DNA from: Iphione sp. A-MEVVRFRX5
Lineage: Eukaryota
DNA length: 64,000 nt
Direction of reading: 5' to 3'
Assembly (NCBI GenBank): GCA_976226885.1
Contig: OZ320319.1
Span: forward strand, 59,520,001 to 59,584,000
The position numbers and the translations under genes were made by a program. The stretch's first letter is position 1; every line of letters starts with the position of its first letter. A model generated the notes under the pieces. It did no database searches, had not been told where the DNA came from, and saw nothing but the letters and a program-made list of their open reading frames with translations. Shown here one piece after another: positions 27,701-42,700 of the stretch.

Positions 27701-30700
27701 CCATAATTATTCTGACTACGTGAAAGAAACATTATATTATGCAGAGTAGTTACGTTATTTGTATATGGCGATGAAAAGTGGCTAGCATTTCATGAGTTCT
27801 CAGGGATGGTCTTCTATTTGAGAAAATGACTAGTCTAATCTAGGCTTCACTTTCCAGGATAAAGAACTGAGGTACGCGTAAGCATTTCTTGCCTAAGTGT
27901 TACATTATGTAAATCACCAAGCCTCGATAGCCCTTGGGATAGGATTGAGGAAGGAAATAATATTGATATTGGCCTCAATAAGCCGTATAACATCTCCTAT
28001 GTATACGATATTTAATCTATTGGGGAGCATAGTCAATAGCATCAGCTATTTGCATTACTGACATCTCCCTTCCAAATACATGTAATATTATTGACTGGCG
28101 AAGCTCTATCTGTCGAATCCAGATAGAATCATGCGTGCATGATGGCTGGGATGCTCAAAGTGTCAGGTCGCCCCGTACATACGAAAATTTCACATCAATT
28201 CAACTTGAAGGCTGATAAATTCTTAGTAAAGTCATTAGGAAAGGTCGCCATGTAGAACCGAGTGGTCGCTTTGGCAGTATTGAATATCTGGTCGTGCGTT
28301 TGAGAGCTACTGGTATCACGTTTGAGAGCTACTGGCATCAAATTAACCAACTCTTTTATGAAAATAGCAAGAGACGTAAACTTTCCTCTTTGCTATTCAA
28401 GTGTATGTGCTGTCTGCAGTGTGCCAATTAGTATTATTTTGCTGATGGTTGTTTGGTATAAGGGTTAAGCCAAAGACAGAGTTAAAGTATCAGAGATGAG
28501 ATGGAGGAGAAAACAAACTTTAAATGGGATATTGCGTAGCCTGCATTTTGCATAGGAACCATAAAGAACAGGAAAACAAGGCAATGGTTTGAGTAGAAAC
28601 ATCCGTAAGTACACATGAAAACAAAGAAGAGACAACAGCCGGACACAAACAGAAATACAGAATAAATAAGCAGTTATGAGGTACTTAAATAAAAATGGAC
28701 AAGAATAGACACTTGACCACAACAGGTATTAATACATTAATATTTAAGAGATAGTTGTGAAATATGATTTTGTAGTCGGTATCTTTTAAGGTATCAACTT
28801 GCTGTTGTCACTATTTGCTTCGTTGCTGTGCAGTCAATGAGCTTAGCATTGACCATTTCGGTGTGGTTAGACGCAAATAATACAACAGAAAAAATTATTG
28901 CAGCTCAAACCTGCCACTGAGCATGAAAGTCGTATAGGTTCTCCGTAAGCGACTTCCAAAGTCTGAACGTCCATTGTAATGTGGGGATATATATCTGGTA
29001 AGAGGGTTATGTGTTGCTCTGTGGATACTTGGTAGCTATCAGGAGTATCAAAGCTTGTCATCTGTCCTTCACTCTCCTTTGCTGCTTCATTTTCGTCTTC
29101 ATCCTGGAGTTCTGCGATGGTGACCATGATGGATGCCTCGGCTTTTCCGCCTTCGTTCGAGGCCTCAACTTTATATTCCCCTTCGTCGCTTTTTTTCACA
29201 TCACGGATACGTAGCATGAAGCAGTCATCGTCCCAATCTGCTTTTAGGCGGTCTATACTCTGTCTTCGAGGTAAAATGGTACGGTCACACCGCACCCACT
29301 GAACATCCGGAGTACTGCCTTTGCCTACGAAAGGGTGGACACACATAAAACAACATGTGGACAGCCACTAAAGGACAAACACAGTTGACCATCAACAGTT
29401 CATCCTGTAGCCAATGAATCGTTCTGTGCATTACTGAAATACTACGTTCACATGGGAATTAATCAAGAAAGATGACTAAGAAGAAATACAGGGCTGGGCA
29501 ACCTGTCGCATTTCGCAAAAAAGTGCGACATAGGGATTCTAAAATGCGACAACTTTCTTTTACTTCTCGCTCATTCAGTACTGAAAATAACATTAATTTG
29601 CAACAGGGACATTAAGAAATGCGACAATTTTTCCTGGGTACCCAGCTCTGAAATAGTTGAAAACAATGATCCATCTTATTTGATCAGGTTATCTGTGTTT
29701 TCTATTTTTTCCGTGGAAAGCAGAACTACTGAAAGAAAACTTCATTTTCTAGAATTTCAGCATGGGATAAAATGGCCGGAGTACGGAGATAGCGAAAGCA
29801 TGGATATCGAAGAATGGTATATTTAAAACTACATTTCAAATATATAGAGATTTACAGCGTATATATTTGGTACTAGTGGCAGAATGAACTGGATACTACG
29901 ACGCCACACCCTTTGCTCTAAGGAATGTCTTATTTGATGTCTGGGTTGTACCTACACAACAGGAACATACATTTTCCCTACATAAGGACTTTGCTATTCT
30001 GACTACTTCATTCGTTTAGTTTCATTATATGTTTTTATTGTACTGCTGATTTACCTTGCTGCCAAGTCGAGACAGAAGACTGCAGTCTAGTAGGTGTGAG
30101 CTAGTTTAGGTACTGAATGAGAACTTACTGTGTAAAGTTTCTGGGGAAGGGAATAAGGCAATAGTTTGGTTACTGTATCATATTGCAGTTAGTTTTATTA
30201 TATTTGATTGGGTACGGTTGCCATAAATTGCATTAGAGAGTGATGAATACCTGCACAAAATTATGAGTTAAATTTTAACAAATGCATTATGTGGAGAATT
30301 GAGGTGTATTTCTTATGGGAAATAAGAGCATTTACACATTACAACAGCTGTGCAGTAACGAGTACTGAGTTAAAGCCTTCCTACATTGAAGGTTCATCTA
30401 ATGGTTAGTAGTGGTTTGTGTGGACCGCAGCATGCTGAGAAGCCATTCGCTGTCCGGGAATGAGAGTAATGCCGCTGGATTCTGACCTTTGATCTTGCAG
30501 CTCAACCAAATGGTGTCCCCTTCCTGTACAACAACTGGCTCAGGCGCCTTCTCGATCTGAGGTGGTTCTGCTGCCTTCACAACCTCTGTGCTAGCAACCT
30601 CTGTTCTGATCGCAGCTTTGGTCTCTTCTATTAATGTAAATTGATCGGCTATGAATTGTTCTGTCGCAAACTCCTTCGGATTAACATTGACCATGACGGT

Positions 30701-33700
30701 GACACTCGTCATTCCATAAGAGTTTGTCGCTTCCACTTGGTAGGCTCCCTCGTCGTCCTCGGTAGCTTTCTCAATCACTAGGGTGTTTAGGTCTTGCTTC
30801 ATATCCCAGTCGGTTCGAATGCGACTGTCACCCTTCCGCGGTTTTATTCTCAGTCCATCCTTGAACCAGTGAACTTCTGGGTCTGGGTCACCTACACACA
30901 TTACATGAAATACGCAATGATAACTCGGAAACGATTTATAGTTGTTTTTCTATTAAAAAGGGCCTGATGAAGCCTGATTAACCTTTGAATTTTTCAAGAT
31001 GCCCCTATTCGATTATATTTGTATTCTAATTTATAAATATAGGTAATACCTAGCTTTTTACTGCACCGCAAATTCTGGCAGATATATGTTAGAGCAATGA
31101 AGAGTATCTTGATATAAATGTGTAGAGAACCCACAGAATTTAATAAAACGTTAAGGATACGATGTTTTCATGCATTTAAAAGCACTTAGTATCTGCCGTA
31201 ATTTTCGGTTAAACTATTAGTCTAGAAATAGCATTGTTTTCTTCAGAAATACTTATATTTACCATCACAATGTGAACTGAAAATACACAACTAGGGAAGA
31301 CATTACATTAAAAAAATGAACATTATGACAGATGACTGGAAAGGGAAATTTGAAAACTATTCCTCTAAGGAAATGGTTTCAAATAGTAATAAAGTGAATG
31401 AGATTCAACGAGAAGTAGCTGTGGAGGTTAGTCATGTGCAAAGATAACGAAGCCTCCGCTAGAGAAGAGGAAGAAACTTCGGCAATGTCTTGCGTACTGG
31501 CATCTTCAAAGGCCAGCTTGCCATGTAGCAATAATTGAGCATCAAAACGTGATGAACTCAATTTGGAAACCCGACGAGACAATGAGATATAAGCATCCTC
31601 TAGGAAAGAACAGAGATCATAAGATGAAACCATGCAGAACAGAATGAACAACTCTCTACCGGTTACGCGCGTTGAGAGACGAATTGTTTCGCCAATGAGG
31701 CAGGAGAAGGGCTGAGGTGGGATATCAAAGCGGGGTGACCGGTCCTCTCTCATGGTGACCATCACTGTCACAGCCATCGAGCCGTTCTCATTGACAGCTT
31801 CGAAACAGTAAGCGCCAGCGTCAGCGCTGCAGGCATTGTCTATGGTCAGCACGCACTCGCTCGTCGCCTCACTCCACATCATGCGGATGTGGCGGCCATC
31901 GAACAAGAGGCGCTCATTGTCTTTGTACCACGCAATCTCTGGTTCGGGATACCCTGTGAAAACAGAACCATAAGCTCAAGGCTCATATCAACAGTAAGCC
32001 AAATCTTTTCCTCTAATCAATTGTTTGGTAGCCACTCGCAGCCTACAAGGCACCTGGAATTGGGAATAAATGGGCATGTTAGAAGTCCTTTAATGAATCG
32101 TCACCGGAGACACAGGAGCAGTGTAAACCTGTTTGAAAGGTAAACACGGAGACGTGGGGGGGGGCGGTCCTGAAATATTTAAAGATGTAATTTCATCTAA
32201 CCTGTCACACCGCAAGTAAGTCGAATCGTCTCCCCCTCATTGACGCTGACCGGCTGGGGGGCGTGCCTGATGACTGGTGCAGTAGCCGGCTTTACTGATG
32301 CCTCAGCAGTTGTCTTCGCAGTGACCATGACGGTCACACTAACCGAGCCCTTCTCATTCTGCACCTTCATCCTGTAGCCGCCACCGTCCGCCCTCGTGGC
32401 TTCTCTGATTGTCAGTACGTGCAAATCTTGCTTCACGTCGTAGTGTGTGGTGATCCGCTTGTCCTTGCTGGGTTTCACTTTATTATCATCCTTGTACCAC
32501 TTCACCTCTGGTGCAGGAGTTCCTATATGGGGGGGGGGTGAAGCCAAGAAGGGGAAATGCATAGTCACATAGTAAGCCATGGAAGTTCTTCACGAAAAGG
32601 AAACAATGCAAATAACAGTATAATGCATACGAATGTAAGAATGTACAACAAAAAATTACATCGTATCTTTGTGCACAAACGATGCACTAAACGCTATATA
32701 TGTCTCAATATATGCAGGGGAAAAGGGAGCATGCTTACTTCAAAGGACCCTAGCTCAGGTACTTCCCTCATAAAATTGTATACATGTATGTGTAAGATGT
32801 ATTCAACCTCCATGTAAGGATGGGTCGGCGTTTCATTATTGATTATTGACAGGTGGAAAAGGGGGACAGGAACATCCATATCCATATAGGTATAGTATTA
32901 CATACTAATAATCAATAAAGATCAGTGTCGGGGTACATGACTAAAAATTCTAAATATTGCCCACAGAATAATTTAGGTTTTCAGACAGCAATGGACATGC
33001 AAAAGTTTCATATTCACGAGGAACGTCTTTAAAACTGGGGGGATATAAATTCAATTAAAAGTTCAATTAAAACAAACTGACTCAAAACAGTCCAGCGGCT
33101 ACTTAGACATTCATGTTAAATGCTACTTAAGTTGAAATGTTCTATGACTTCAAGACATGCACCGATATCTTGTCCCAGGAAAAGATTGGAAACGGTTTAC
33201 CTCAAACATATAAACGAATCATTTTAAAATCATTAGACGTGGATCTTGCACGGATGGGGATTTCAACATAAACTAAAAAAACTATTCTCGTGTATAAACA
33301 TTATGAAATAGTATGGTATAGTCCATAAAATAATAATTAATTGATGACAAGGTAAAGCTCTGAAAACATTCATGCAATAGGCATGGATTAGTAGGTCATC
33401 TCATTGTGGCGGTGCTGCCAAGCCTCCACTGGAGAAATGATATGATCCTATAGTATTATCTTTGAATCTCATACGCAAAGCAGGTTGGGTTCTCGGCACT
33501 GCAGTACACACCATACCATGCATCTAGTCCTAACCTGAGACTTTGCAAGAGAGGGTAATAGTTTCTCCTTCAACAAACTCCACAGGCTCAGGAGCGACGT
33601 CAATCCTTGGTTCACATGGTACAGGCTCAGCTGTCAGTTTCATCGTTTCTGATAGTTGTTCCTCGGTTATCTCTTTACTTTCTACCTTGGTTTTCTTTAC

Positions 33701-36700
33701 TTCTTCTCTCACCTCCTTCTTCACGACTTCAACAGTTTTTCCTGTAACCATGACAGTCACACTGACTGAGCCTTTCTCATTTTGCACCTTGAGTTTGTAC
33801 GCTCCCTCATCTTCCATTGTGGCGTCTTTGATGGTGAGGATGTACAGGTCTTGCTTGGCATCGAAGTGCATGGTGATTCTTTTATCTTTGTTTGGCTTCA
33901 ACTTGACATCATCTTTGTACCATTTTATTTCAGGGGCAGGATATCCTGATCATTGGAAATAAATCTATTATATAATATTCATTGAAACAAAATTGTTTGC
34001 ATCAATCGCTTTCTTATCAAATGCAAATCTTTAGAGGGAAATATGATTTCAAACGCATGTATAAGGATAAAGAAATCAATACCAACATTACAACAAGTAC
34101 CTGAAAAGCGAACACCTAAAGAACAAGACTATAAAATGAAATATAATATGCAGGGCGGATTAATCCTGAATATAATGGAAAACAATTTGTAATGCATGCA
34201 CAAATAATACGTTTACATATTTCATCAAGTGGATTAGAAAAAGGAGAAGTAAGCGATTGACTGATTAATCTTAAAGTAAAAAAAAGCACCCAAAACTCTA
34301 TTCTTATATACGACGCTACAGAAAATCTACTGTATATTATTACTAGACACTTCCATATGAACAAGATGCACTAATCACAAAGACCCAGAAGTATGATAAA
34401 AAGAAGAATGGTTATAAGAAGAAGTCTCTGGAACAAACTGAAGGAGAACCTAAAAGCAAATCACATTCAATGCGTGACTTGCTGACCTGAGAACCTGCAT
34501 GACAGCATGAAATTTCCTCCCTCTACAAATTCCACTGGTTCAGGTGCAACTTCTATCTTTGGTTCGCATGGTTCAGCTACGGCTCTACCGTCTGTACTTT
34601 CAGGCATGGTTTGCCTTTGCCGTAACTCTTTGGGTCCAAGTAACTCTATCACTTCTGCCTTCCAAGGCAACACTTCCATCTGTGCCAGCTGATTTGGGTT
34701 GTACCTCTCTATTTGCTGGTCATGTTTCATCTTTACTGTTTCACTCTTAATATTAGTCACTTCTGTTATTTCGTTAACCTTTTCTGTGATTCTAAAGGCC
34801 TCTGCTGTAACCATGACTGTTACGCTGACTGAACCTCTCGAATTTCTTACTAGTAGTTTGTATATCCCTTCATCGTCAAGAATCGCATCTTTGATAGTCA
34901 GTATGTTCAGGTCTTTCTTGACATCAAAGTGTTTGGTGATCCGTTTTTCTTCATTTGGTTTCAATTCAATATCATCCTTGTACCATTTTATCTCAGGGGC
35001 AGGGTATCCTTATCGGTAGGAAGAAAACATAGTTCTGAATATGCGTCTCTTGGAATATAACCAGTACACATAAAAAAAAACTATCGTGTAGTATCATAAT
35101 GGTATTACCTAACCGTTTTGAATACTGATTATGTGTAACTTCGATGCCACTTTCTTAAATTTGAGAGCACAGAGGAATATTTCATTGGTGAGTTCAACTT
35201 AATATAAGAGTAATTTACTTCCACTGAGTGAAAACCTTGAAAGAGTTATGATATTCAAAGGTTTCTCAAAATTACGAAGTCATTATAAAAGTATTCAGCT
35301 TAACACCACAGTGCATGTGGCTGAATTATTTATAAGTAGTTCTGGTCAAAATTACTTTCGAAGGCAAGCTATGAAATATTTAACTTCAAAGTTAATTGGA
35401 AATTGTAAGTTAAAACATTGCAATGTGCATCTAATGAAAAGGCTTTGCTGAATCGTGTGAAAAAAAGCATTAAAATATTAATACAGCAAAAGTTTCTGCA
35501 GAGTGATTAGGTTTGTAAGATCCTTAATATGAGGATTACCTTTAATCTTTTAGATGATTTGTTTATCAGGACAAAAAGTACTTATTTGTTTGAATAAGCA
35601 AAGTAAAAAAGAAATGCTAAGAAGCATATCATTCCTCATGCACAACTTGCTGACCTGAGACGCGGCATGAGAGCATGAAAGTTCCTCCTTCTACAAATTC
35701 CACTGGCTCAGGAGAAACATCTATCCTTGGTTCGCAGGGTATCACTGCAGCTGTAGAGTCTTGTTCTTGAGGTAGGGTTTGTCCTTTAAGTACATCTGTA
35801 GTTTTCAATATCTGAACTCCTGCCTCCTCAGGCATTACTTCCATCTTTGGATTCTGTCTCTGTTCATAAACGTCTGCCGCTTGTTCCACTTTCCATTCAC
35901 TGTCCATCATTTTAGTTGTGAGTTTCTTAACCTCTGTTACCTCTTTCTTCCTCAATAAAGGAATATGTTTTGCTGTAACTATGACAGTCACACTGACTGA
36001 ACCTTCTTCATTTTGGGCTCTGACCGTGTAAGATCCTTCATCTCCAATAACAGCATTTTTGATAATGAGAATGTAAAGACCTTGTTTCACATCAATGTGA
36101 GTACTTATTCTTTTGTCCCTGTTTGGTTCCAACATAATATCATCCTTGTACCATATGATTTCAGGAACAGGGCATCCTAAGTAGTGACAGAAAGGATATG
36201 TTTAGGCATCTTCCGCTTAGGAATCACTTATTGTTAATGATTATTTTCCGTTCAAATTGGGAGCACGGAATCATAGCGAATAACCATAAAACCGGTATAT
36301 TTTTACCAGTTAAGAAAACCGGTCAATTTGAATGTATTTCATACTTACGATCAATAAGTCATTATCAAATTTACCTTCGATTGGGATATCAAATAAAATG
36401 ATGTCTGATGCAACCACTACCCTGAAACCGAAATACATGTCTTCTAGGTATACCCTTCCCTCTTTAAATAGACAACCTTTTACCACGATAAACAAAAGAA
36501 CGAAAGATAAATGCAAAGCTTCGAGAGAGTGGCAGGCTCTAGTTCCTTCAGAGTTTCAGATTATTTCCCCGTTCTCAATCTTACATGAAAATGTTCTTTT
36601 CCCCAGTAATAAGCAAATTAAAAAGCAAAAGCTACGAAGCAAATCACTTTCCATGCGTGACTTGCTGACCTGAGATTCTGCTTGCCAAGGTGATAGTTCC

Positions 36701-39700
36701 TCCTTCTACAAATTCTACTGGTTCTGGGGCAATTTCTATCCTCGGTTCGCGAGGTTCAGTTTCAGCTCTGGTGTCCACGTCCTGAAGCACTGTCTGTCTG
36801 TGTAATATTTCTGTTGTTCCCACAAACGGAATTGGTTCTACGTCCTCTTTCATCATCTCTACCGGAGGATGCTCCATCAGCTCGAAGGCTTCTACCATTC
36901 TTTGTTCATTCAGCTCTTTTTCTTTTCTTGTAGTTGTTACTTCTTTCACGTCCTTTGTCCTCTCTTTCTTTTCCGATAGACGAGTATCCTTTGATGTAAC
37001 CATTACTGTTATACTGACTGAACCTTCTTCATTGTATGCTCTAATTGTGTAAAATCCTTCATCTGTGATGGAAGCCTCATTGATGTTAAGGATGTAGAGA
37101 CCTTTGTTTACATCAACATATGTTGTCACCCGTTTGTCTTTGTGTGCATCCAGTTCAATATCATCTTTATACCACCGAACATCTGGTATAGGATGTCCTG
37201 AATTAAAATCGGTGTCAATAAGTAAATCAAGAGGAACTTACCATTTTTATACATAGACCGATATATGTGTATATGCCTTACATAATCAGGTAAACCAATA
37301 GATGATAACATAGTGCATAGAGTAAGAAGTACGTTTTAACAAGAACAGAATCTATGGTACACTAAACATAAGTTATGATGTAGAAAAGTGAACAATTAGT
37401 AAATGATATATAAGCGCAAGCACTTCATGCATTTTCTGCAAATACTCCTAAAGTACGCAAATACAGTAGGACTTCCCCTTGTGGACACCTCTGGGATGAG
37501 GACACCTCCCAAATGTGGACAATTTGGAGAAGAACCAAACTGTTTCCTATAGTTAAGCATTGTAAGAGGACCTCCCTAATCAGGACACACATTTTAGAGA
37601 AGCCTCTCCCTGTGGACACCCTCAATGTGTGTTTTAGCGTGAATTTAGGGCTCCAGGGAGGCCTTATGAGTCATTTTCACACATTTCCCTTGGTGTCCCC
37701 CTATAGACAACATGTTTTAGTGTGAATTTGGGGCTTCAGGGAGGCCTTAGAAGTCATTTTCACACATTTCCACATGGAGGTATAAAGGTTAAACATTAAT
37801 CACCCAGGGTGTATGAGGTGTTGATTCAGTCATCAAATTCAGTACTTTTTGGACTTTTAGTCATCAAATTCAGTACTTTTAAGACTCAAAATCATCAAAT
37901 CTAGTACTTTTTGGAATTTTAGTCATCAAATTCTCCACTTTTAGGATTCTAAATCATCAAATTCAGTACTTTTCGGACTCTGTTATGACCCCAAAGTCAT
38001 ATCCTACTATCCTTAAAGTCAGTTGTTATTTCTTTTACTATACTACTCACTGCTTCTCCAATCAGGACACCTCTACAATGTGGACGAATTGGGGAAGAAC
38101 GCAGGGTGTCCGGATTGGAGAGGTCCCACTGTATACCGTTTTTCATTATATATTCTGATGACATAAGACTACGTGTATGCAAATATACGAGAAGGTTGTC
38201 AATTCCTTGCTTGTTTTGGGCTCTTAGGTACTCGAGAAAACAACGACACCAAGATTCTTAAGTTAATCTATCTTTTTCGTCATCTTTACTGGTGCATTAT
38301 ATGCATCATTTCCTTATTAAGAAGAACTGCACATATCCAATTGCGGAAAATGAAACATTTCAATCATACATAATTGTAAACATTTTAACGCATTGCTCTA
38401 GAGGAAATGAAAAAGCACTGAAGGGCAAGAAACTAACGTTGAGTGGTGGCAACCGAAGATACAGGAAAAAGATTCCATGTGAAGATAGCAGAGGGCAACG
38501 TGTACAGGTACACACGCTACATCTACAGAATGCACAATATTATAATAGACACCAAATCGACATGCAATACGAATAGACCGAGACAAACAAGAAAGCAAAA
38601 CATCGGTAGTTTGCTATGGTTCGGAAGTGAAAAAGGGTAGCCAGCATAATGAATCTATCTGAAGTAACTCTATAGGCCATGTCGACAAATAGAATGGCAT
38701 TCTAAACTACGGACTCGGAATGTGGCCCAGGTCCATGCAGTATCTAAGTCTTTCGACGGGAACAAATCTAACCTGAAACTTTACAGGAGAGCATGATGAC
38801 ACCTCCTTCGATAAACTCCACTGGCTGTGGAGCCGCGTCAATCTTAGGCTTAGCTGGTAGTCTTTCTGGTTCACCTGCAATTTTGTCTTCTACTGCCATT
38901 CCATCAAGAGCAGCTGCTTTGGTAATTGCCTCAATTTCAGTTGGCCGAATGTCGCTTTTGTCTGTGTGGTCCATGTTTTTTTCTAAGGACAGGGCTTTCA
39001 CTGGGACACTTACATTGGTGGAACCCTTCTCATTCACTGCCTTCAATTGGTACATGCCTTCGTCACCTTTACTGCCATCTCTGATGGTTAATATATGCGA
39101 GCTACACTCTGCATCAAAGTCTGTTGCAATACGTTTGTCCTTGTGCGGTTTCAGTTTGCGGCCATTTTTGTACCACTTGACCTCAGGCTTCGGATTACCT
39201 GCGCATGATTTAGGAAGTGACAGAAAAGACACAAGGGGGTCTGAGCATACATTCAATACACATGTACATTTAACAATGCATTGCATCGAGGGCACATATA
39301 AGAGTTTCCACCAGAGATTAATATGTAAAACAAAGCCAAGCAAAACAAGTACTAAAACGTATATGTAGAGACATTAATACGACGAATGACAATTCATCAG
39401 TATAACATATAGCTATTAACATGCCAGAAGGTTTGGAATCATTGAGTGAGTGACACTAAACATAGTACAAAAGCGAAGACAATGTATTACATTAACTGCT
39501 GTGAAACATAATGAAAAAATAGTGTAAAACAATGAATATTGTCAATGTGTCATGAAGCGAAAATGAATCGACACAAAATAAAAACAGAAGCCATAAAAAA
39601 TAGAAACTGATATCTTCCTGCAATGGAACTGAAAATAAGAACACCTTCAACAGCGTTACAAAAGTAAAATAATTTTGGCCCACGATGCACTTCTGCTGAC

Positions 39701-42700
39701 CTGATATTTTACAGGAAAGGGTAATCATTTCTCCCTCGATGAACTCCACCGGCTCTGGAGCTGCCTCTATTTGTGGTTCGCATGGCATTTGGCGTGAAAG
39801 ATCATCTGCCTTGTATATTCTCTCTGGTGCAATGATTGGGATAGGTTGTTGTAGTTTTGCCTTTTCTCCCACCCCTACAGGCATTTCCTTTGTAATATGG
39901 GGCTGGGTTCTTTCATGCATTCCAGCTTCCTCTTCTCCAATGGTAGGTATTTGCCTCCTAGTAGTGGGCTGGACAGGCTCTTGTATTTTTGCACTTTCGT
40001 CATCCACCACAGGTATTTCTTTTGTAACACCTTGAATAGCTTCTAAAGTCACAGTCTTTACATCACCCCTTGCTATCTTTGCCTTAGCAGAAATCTGTCC
40101 AGAAGGCTCCTCTATTTTTACCTCCTCCCGGTCCAGGGTAATCATTTCCTCCTGAGTAGAGGGCTGAATAGTTTCTGGTACATACACCTTTCCTTCAGCC
40201 AATGTGTGTGCTTCCTTTGGATTAATGTGTTTCATAGCCTCTGCTTTCATTGCTTGTTCCTGTGCCATTGCAAGTGCTTCCGTTTTAGTGAAGGGTTCAG
40301 TGAGCTTTTGCACTGTTGCCGTTTGCTCATCCACCACAAGCATTTCTCTTGTTGCAACCATTTCCTTTCCATAAATCAATGGAGCAGATTCCTGTATTTG
40401 TGCCTCCTCTTGGCCCAGGACAGCTATTTCCTCCCAAGTAGTGGGCTGAATAGGTTCTCGTGCATACACTTTATCTTCAGCCAATGTGTGTGCTTCTTTT
40501 GGATAAATGTGCTTCATAGCCTCTGCTTCAATTGCTTGTTCTTCAGCCATTGCAAATGCTTCCCTTTCAGTAAGGAGTTGAGGGAGCTTTTGTACTATTG
40601 CTCTCGGTTCATCCACTACAGGTTTTTCTTTTGCAGTAGCAGCTTGAATAGCCTCAAGAGTCATAGCTTTTTCTCCACTCTCTGCAACCATTTCCTTAAC
40701 AGAGATAAGTTCAGCAGGTACCTTTATCTTTGTTTCCTCTTCACCCAGGGCAGCTATTCCTTCCCTGATGGTTGGCTGTGTAGGTTCTGATACAAACACC
40801 TTTCCTTCTATTAATGTGTGTGTTTCCTTTTGAGTAATGAGTTTGGTAGCCTCTGCTTGAATGGTTTGTTCTTGAGCCATTGCAAGTGCTTCCCTTTCAG
40901 TGATGGGTTGAGTGGCCTTTTGTACTATTGCCCTTTGTTCATCTACTACAGGTTTTTCTTTTGCAGTAGCAGCTTGAATAGCCTCAAGAGTCACAGCTTT
41001 TTCTCCACTCTCTGCAACCATTTCCTTAGCAGAGATAAGTTCAGCAGGTACCTTTATCTTTGTTTCCTCTTCACCCAGGGCAGCTATTCCTTCCCTGATG
41101 GTTGGCTGTGTAGGTTCTGATATAAACACCTTTCCTTCTGTTAATGTGTGTGTTTCCTTTTGAGTAATGAGTTTGGTACCCTCTGCTTGAATGGTTTGTT
41201 CTTGAACCATTGCACGTGCTTCCCTTTCAGTGATGGGTTGAGTGGCCTTTTGTACTATTGCCCTTTGTTCATCTACTACAGGTTTTTCTTTTGCAGTAGC
41301 AGCTTGAATAGCCTCAAGAGTCATAGCTTTTTCTCCACTCTCTGCAACCATTTCCTTAGCAGAGATAAGTTCAGCAGGTACCTTTATCTTTGTTTCCTCT
41401 TCACCCAGGACAGCTATTCCTTCCCTGATGGTTGGCTGTGTAGGTTCTGATATAAACACCTTTCCTTCTATTAATGTGTGTGTTTCCTTTTGAGTAATGA
41501 GTTTGGTAGCCTCTGCTTGAATGGTTTGTTCTTGAGCCGTTGCAAGTGCTTCCCTTTCAGTGATGGGTTGAGTGGCCTTTTGTACTATTGCCCTTTGTTC
41601 ATCTACTACAGGTTTTTCTTTTGCAGTAGCAGCTCGAATAGCCTCAAGAGTCATAGCTTTTTCTCCACTCTCTGCAACCATTTCCTTAGCAGAGATAAGT
41701 TCAGCAGGTACCTTTATCTTTGTTTCCTCTTCACCCAGGGCAGCTATTCCTTCCCTGATGGTTGGCTGTGTAGGTTCTGACACAAACACCTTTCCTTCTA
41801 TTAATGTGTGTGTTTCCTTTTGAGTAATGAGTTTGGTAGCCTCTGCTTGAATGGTTTGTTCTTGAGCCATTGCAATTGCTTCCCTTTCAGTGATGGGTTG
41901 AGTGGCCTTTTGTACTATTGCCCTTTGTTCATCCACTACAGGTTTTTCTTTTGCAGTAGCAGCTTGAATAGCCTCAAGAATCATAGCTTTTTCTCCACTC
42001 TCTGCAACCATTTCCTTAGCAGAGATAAGTTCAGCAGGTACCTTTATCTTTGTTTCCTCTTCACCCAGGGCAGCTATTCCTTCCCTGATGGTTGGCTGTG
42101 TAGGTTCTGGTACAAACACCTTTCCTTCTATTAATGTGTGTGTTTCCTTTTGAGTAATGAGTTTGGTAGCCTCTGCTTGAATGGTTTGTTCTTGAGCCAT
42201 TGCAAGTGCTTCCCTTTCAGTGATGGGTTGAGTGGCCTTTTGTACTATTGCCCTTTGTTCATCTACTACAGGTTTTTCTTTTGCAGTAGCAGCTTGAATA
42301 GCCTCAAGAGTCACAGCTTTTTCTCCACTCTCTGCAACCATTTCCTTAGCAGAGATAAGTTCAGCAGGTACCTTTATCTTTGTTTCCTCTTCACCCAGGA
42401 CAGCTATTCCTTCCCTGATGGTTGGCTGTGTAGGTTCTGATATAAACACCTTTCCTTCTATTAATGTGTGTGTTTCCTTTTGAGTAATGAGTTTGGTAGC
42501 CTCTGCTTGAATGGTTTGGTCTTGAGCCATTGCAAGTGCTTCCCTTTCAGTGATGGGTTGAGTGGCCTTTTGTACTATTGCCCTTTGTTCATCCACTACA
42601 GGTTTTTCTTTTGCAGTAGCAGCTTGAATAGCCTCAAGAGTCATAGCCTTTTCTCCACTCTCTGCAACCATTTCCTTAGCAGAGATAAGTTCAGCAGGTA

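Noticed and set aside
37829-37982. Regularly spaced 31-bp repeats resembling a CRISPR array
   Set aside because: The repeats are head-to-tail with no unique spacers, sit inside a MITE in a eukaryotic intron, and have no cas genes nearby.
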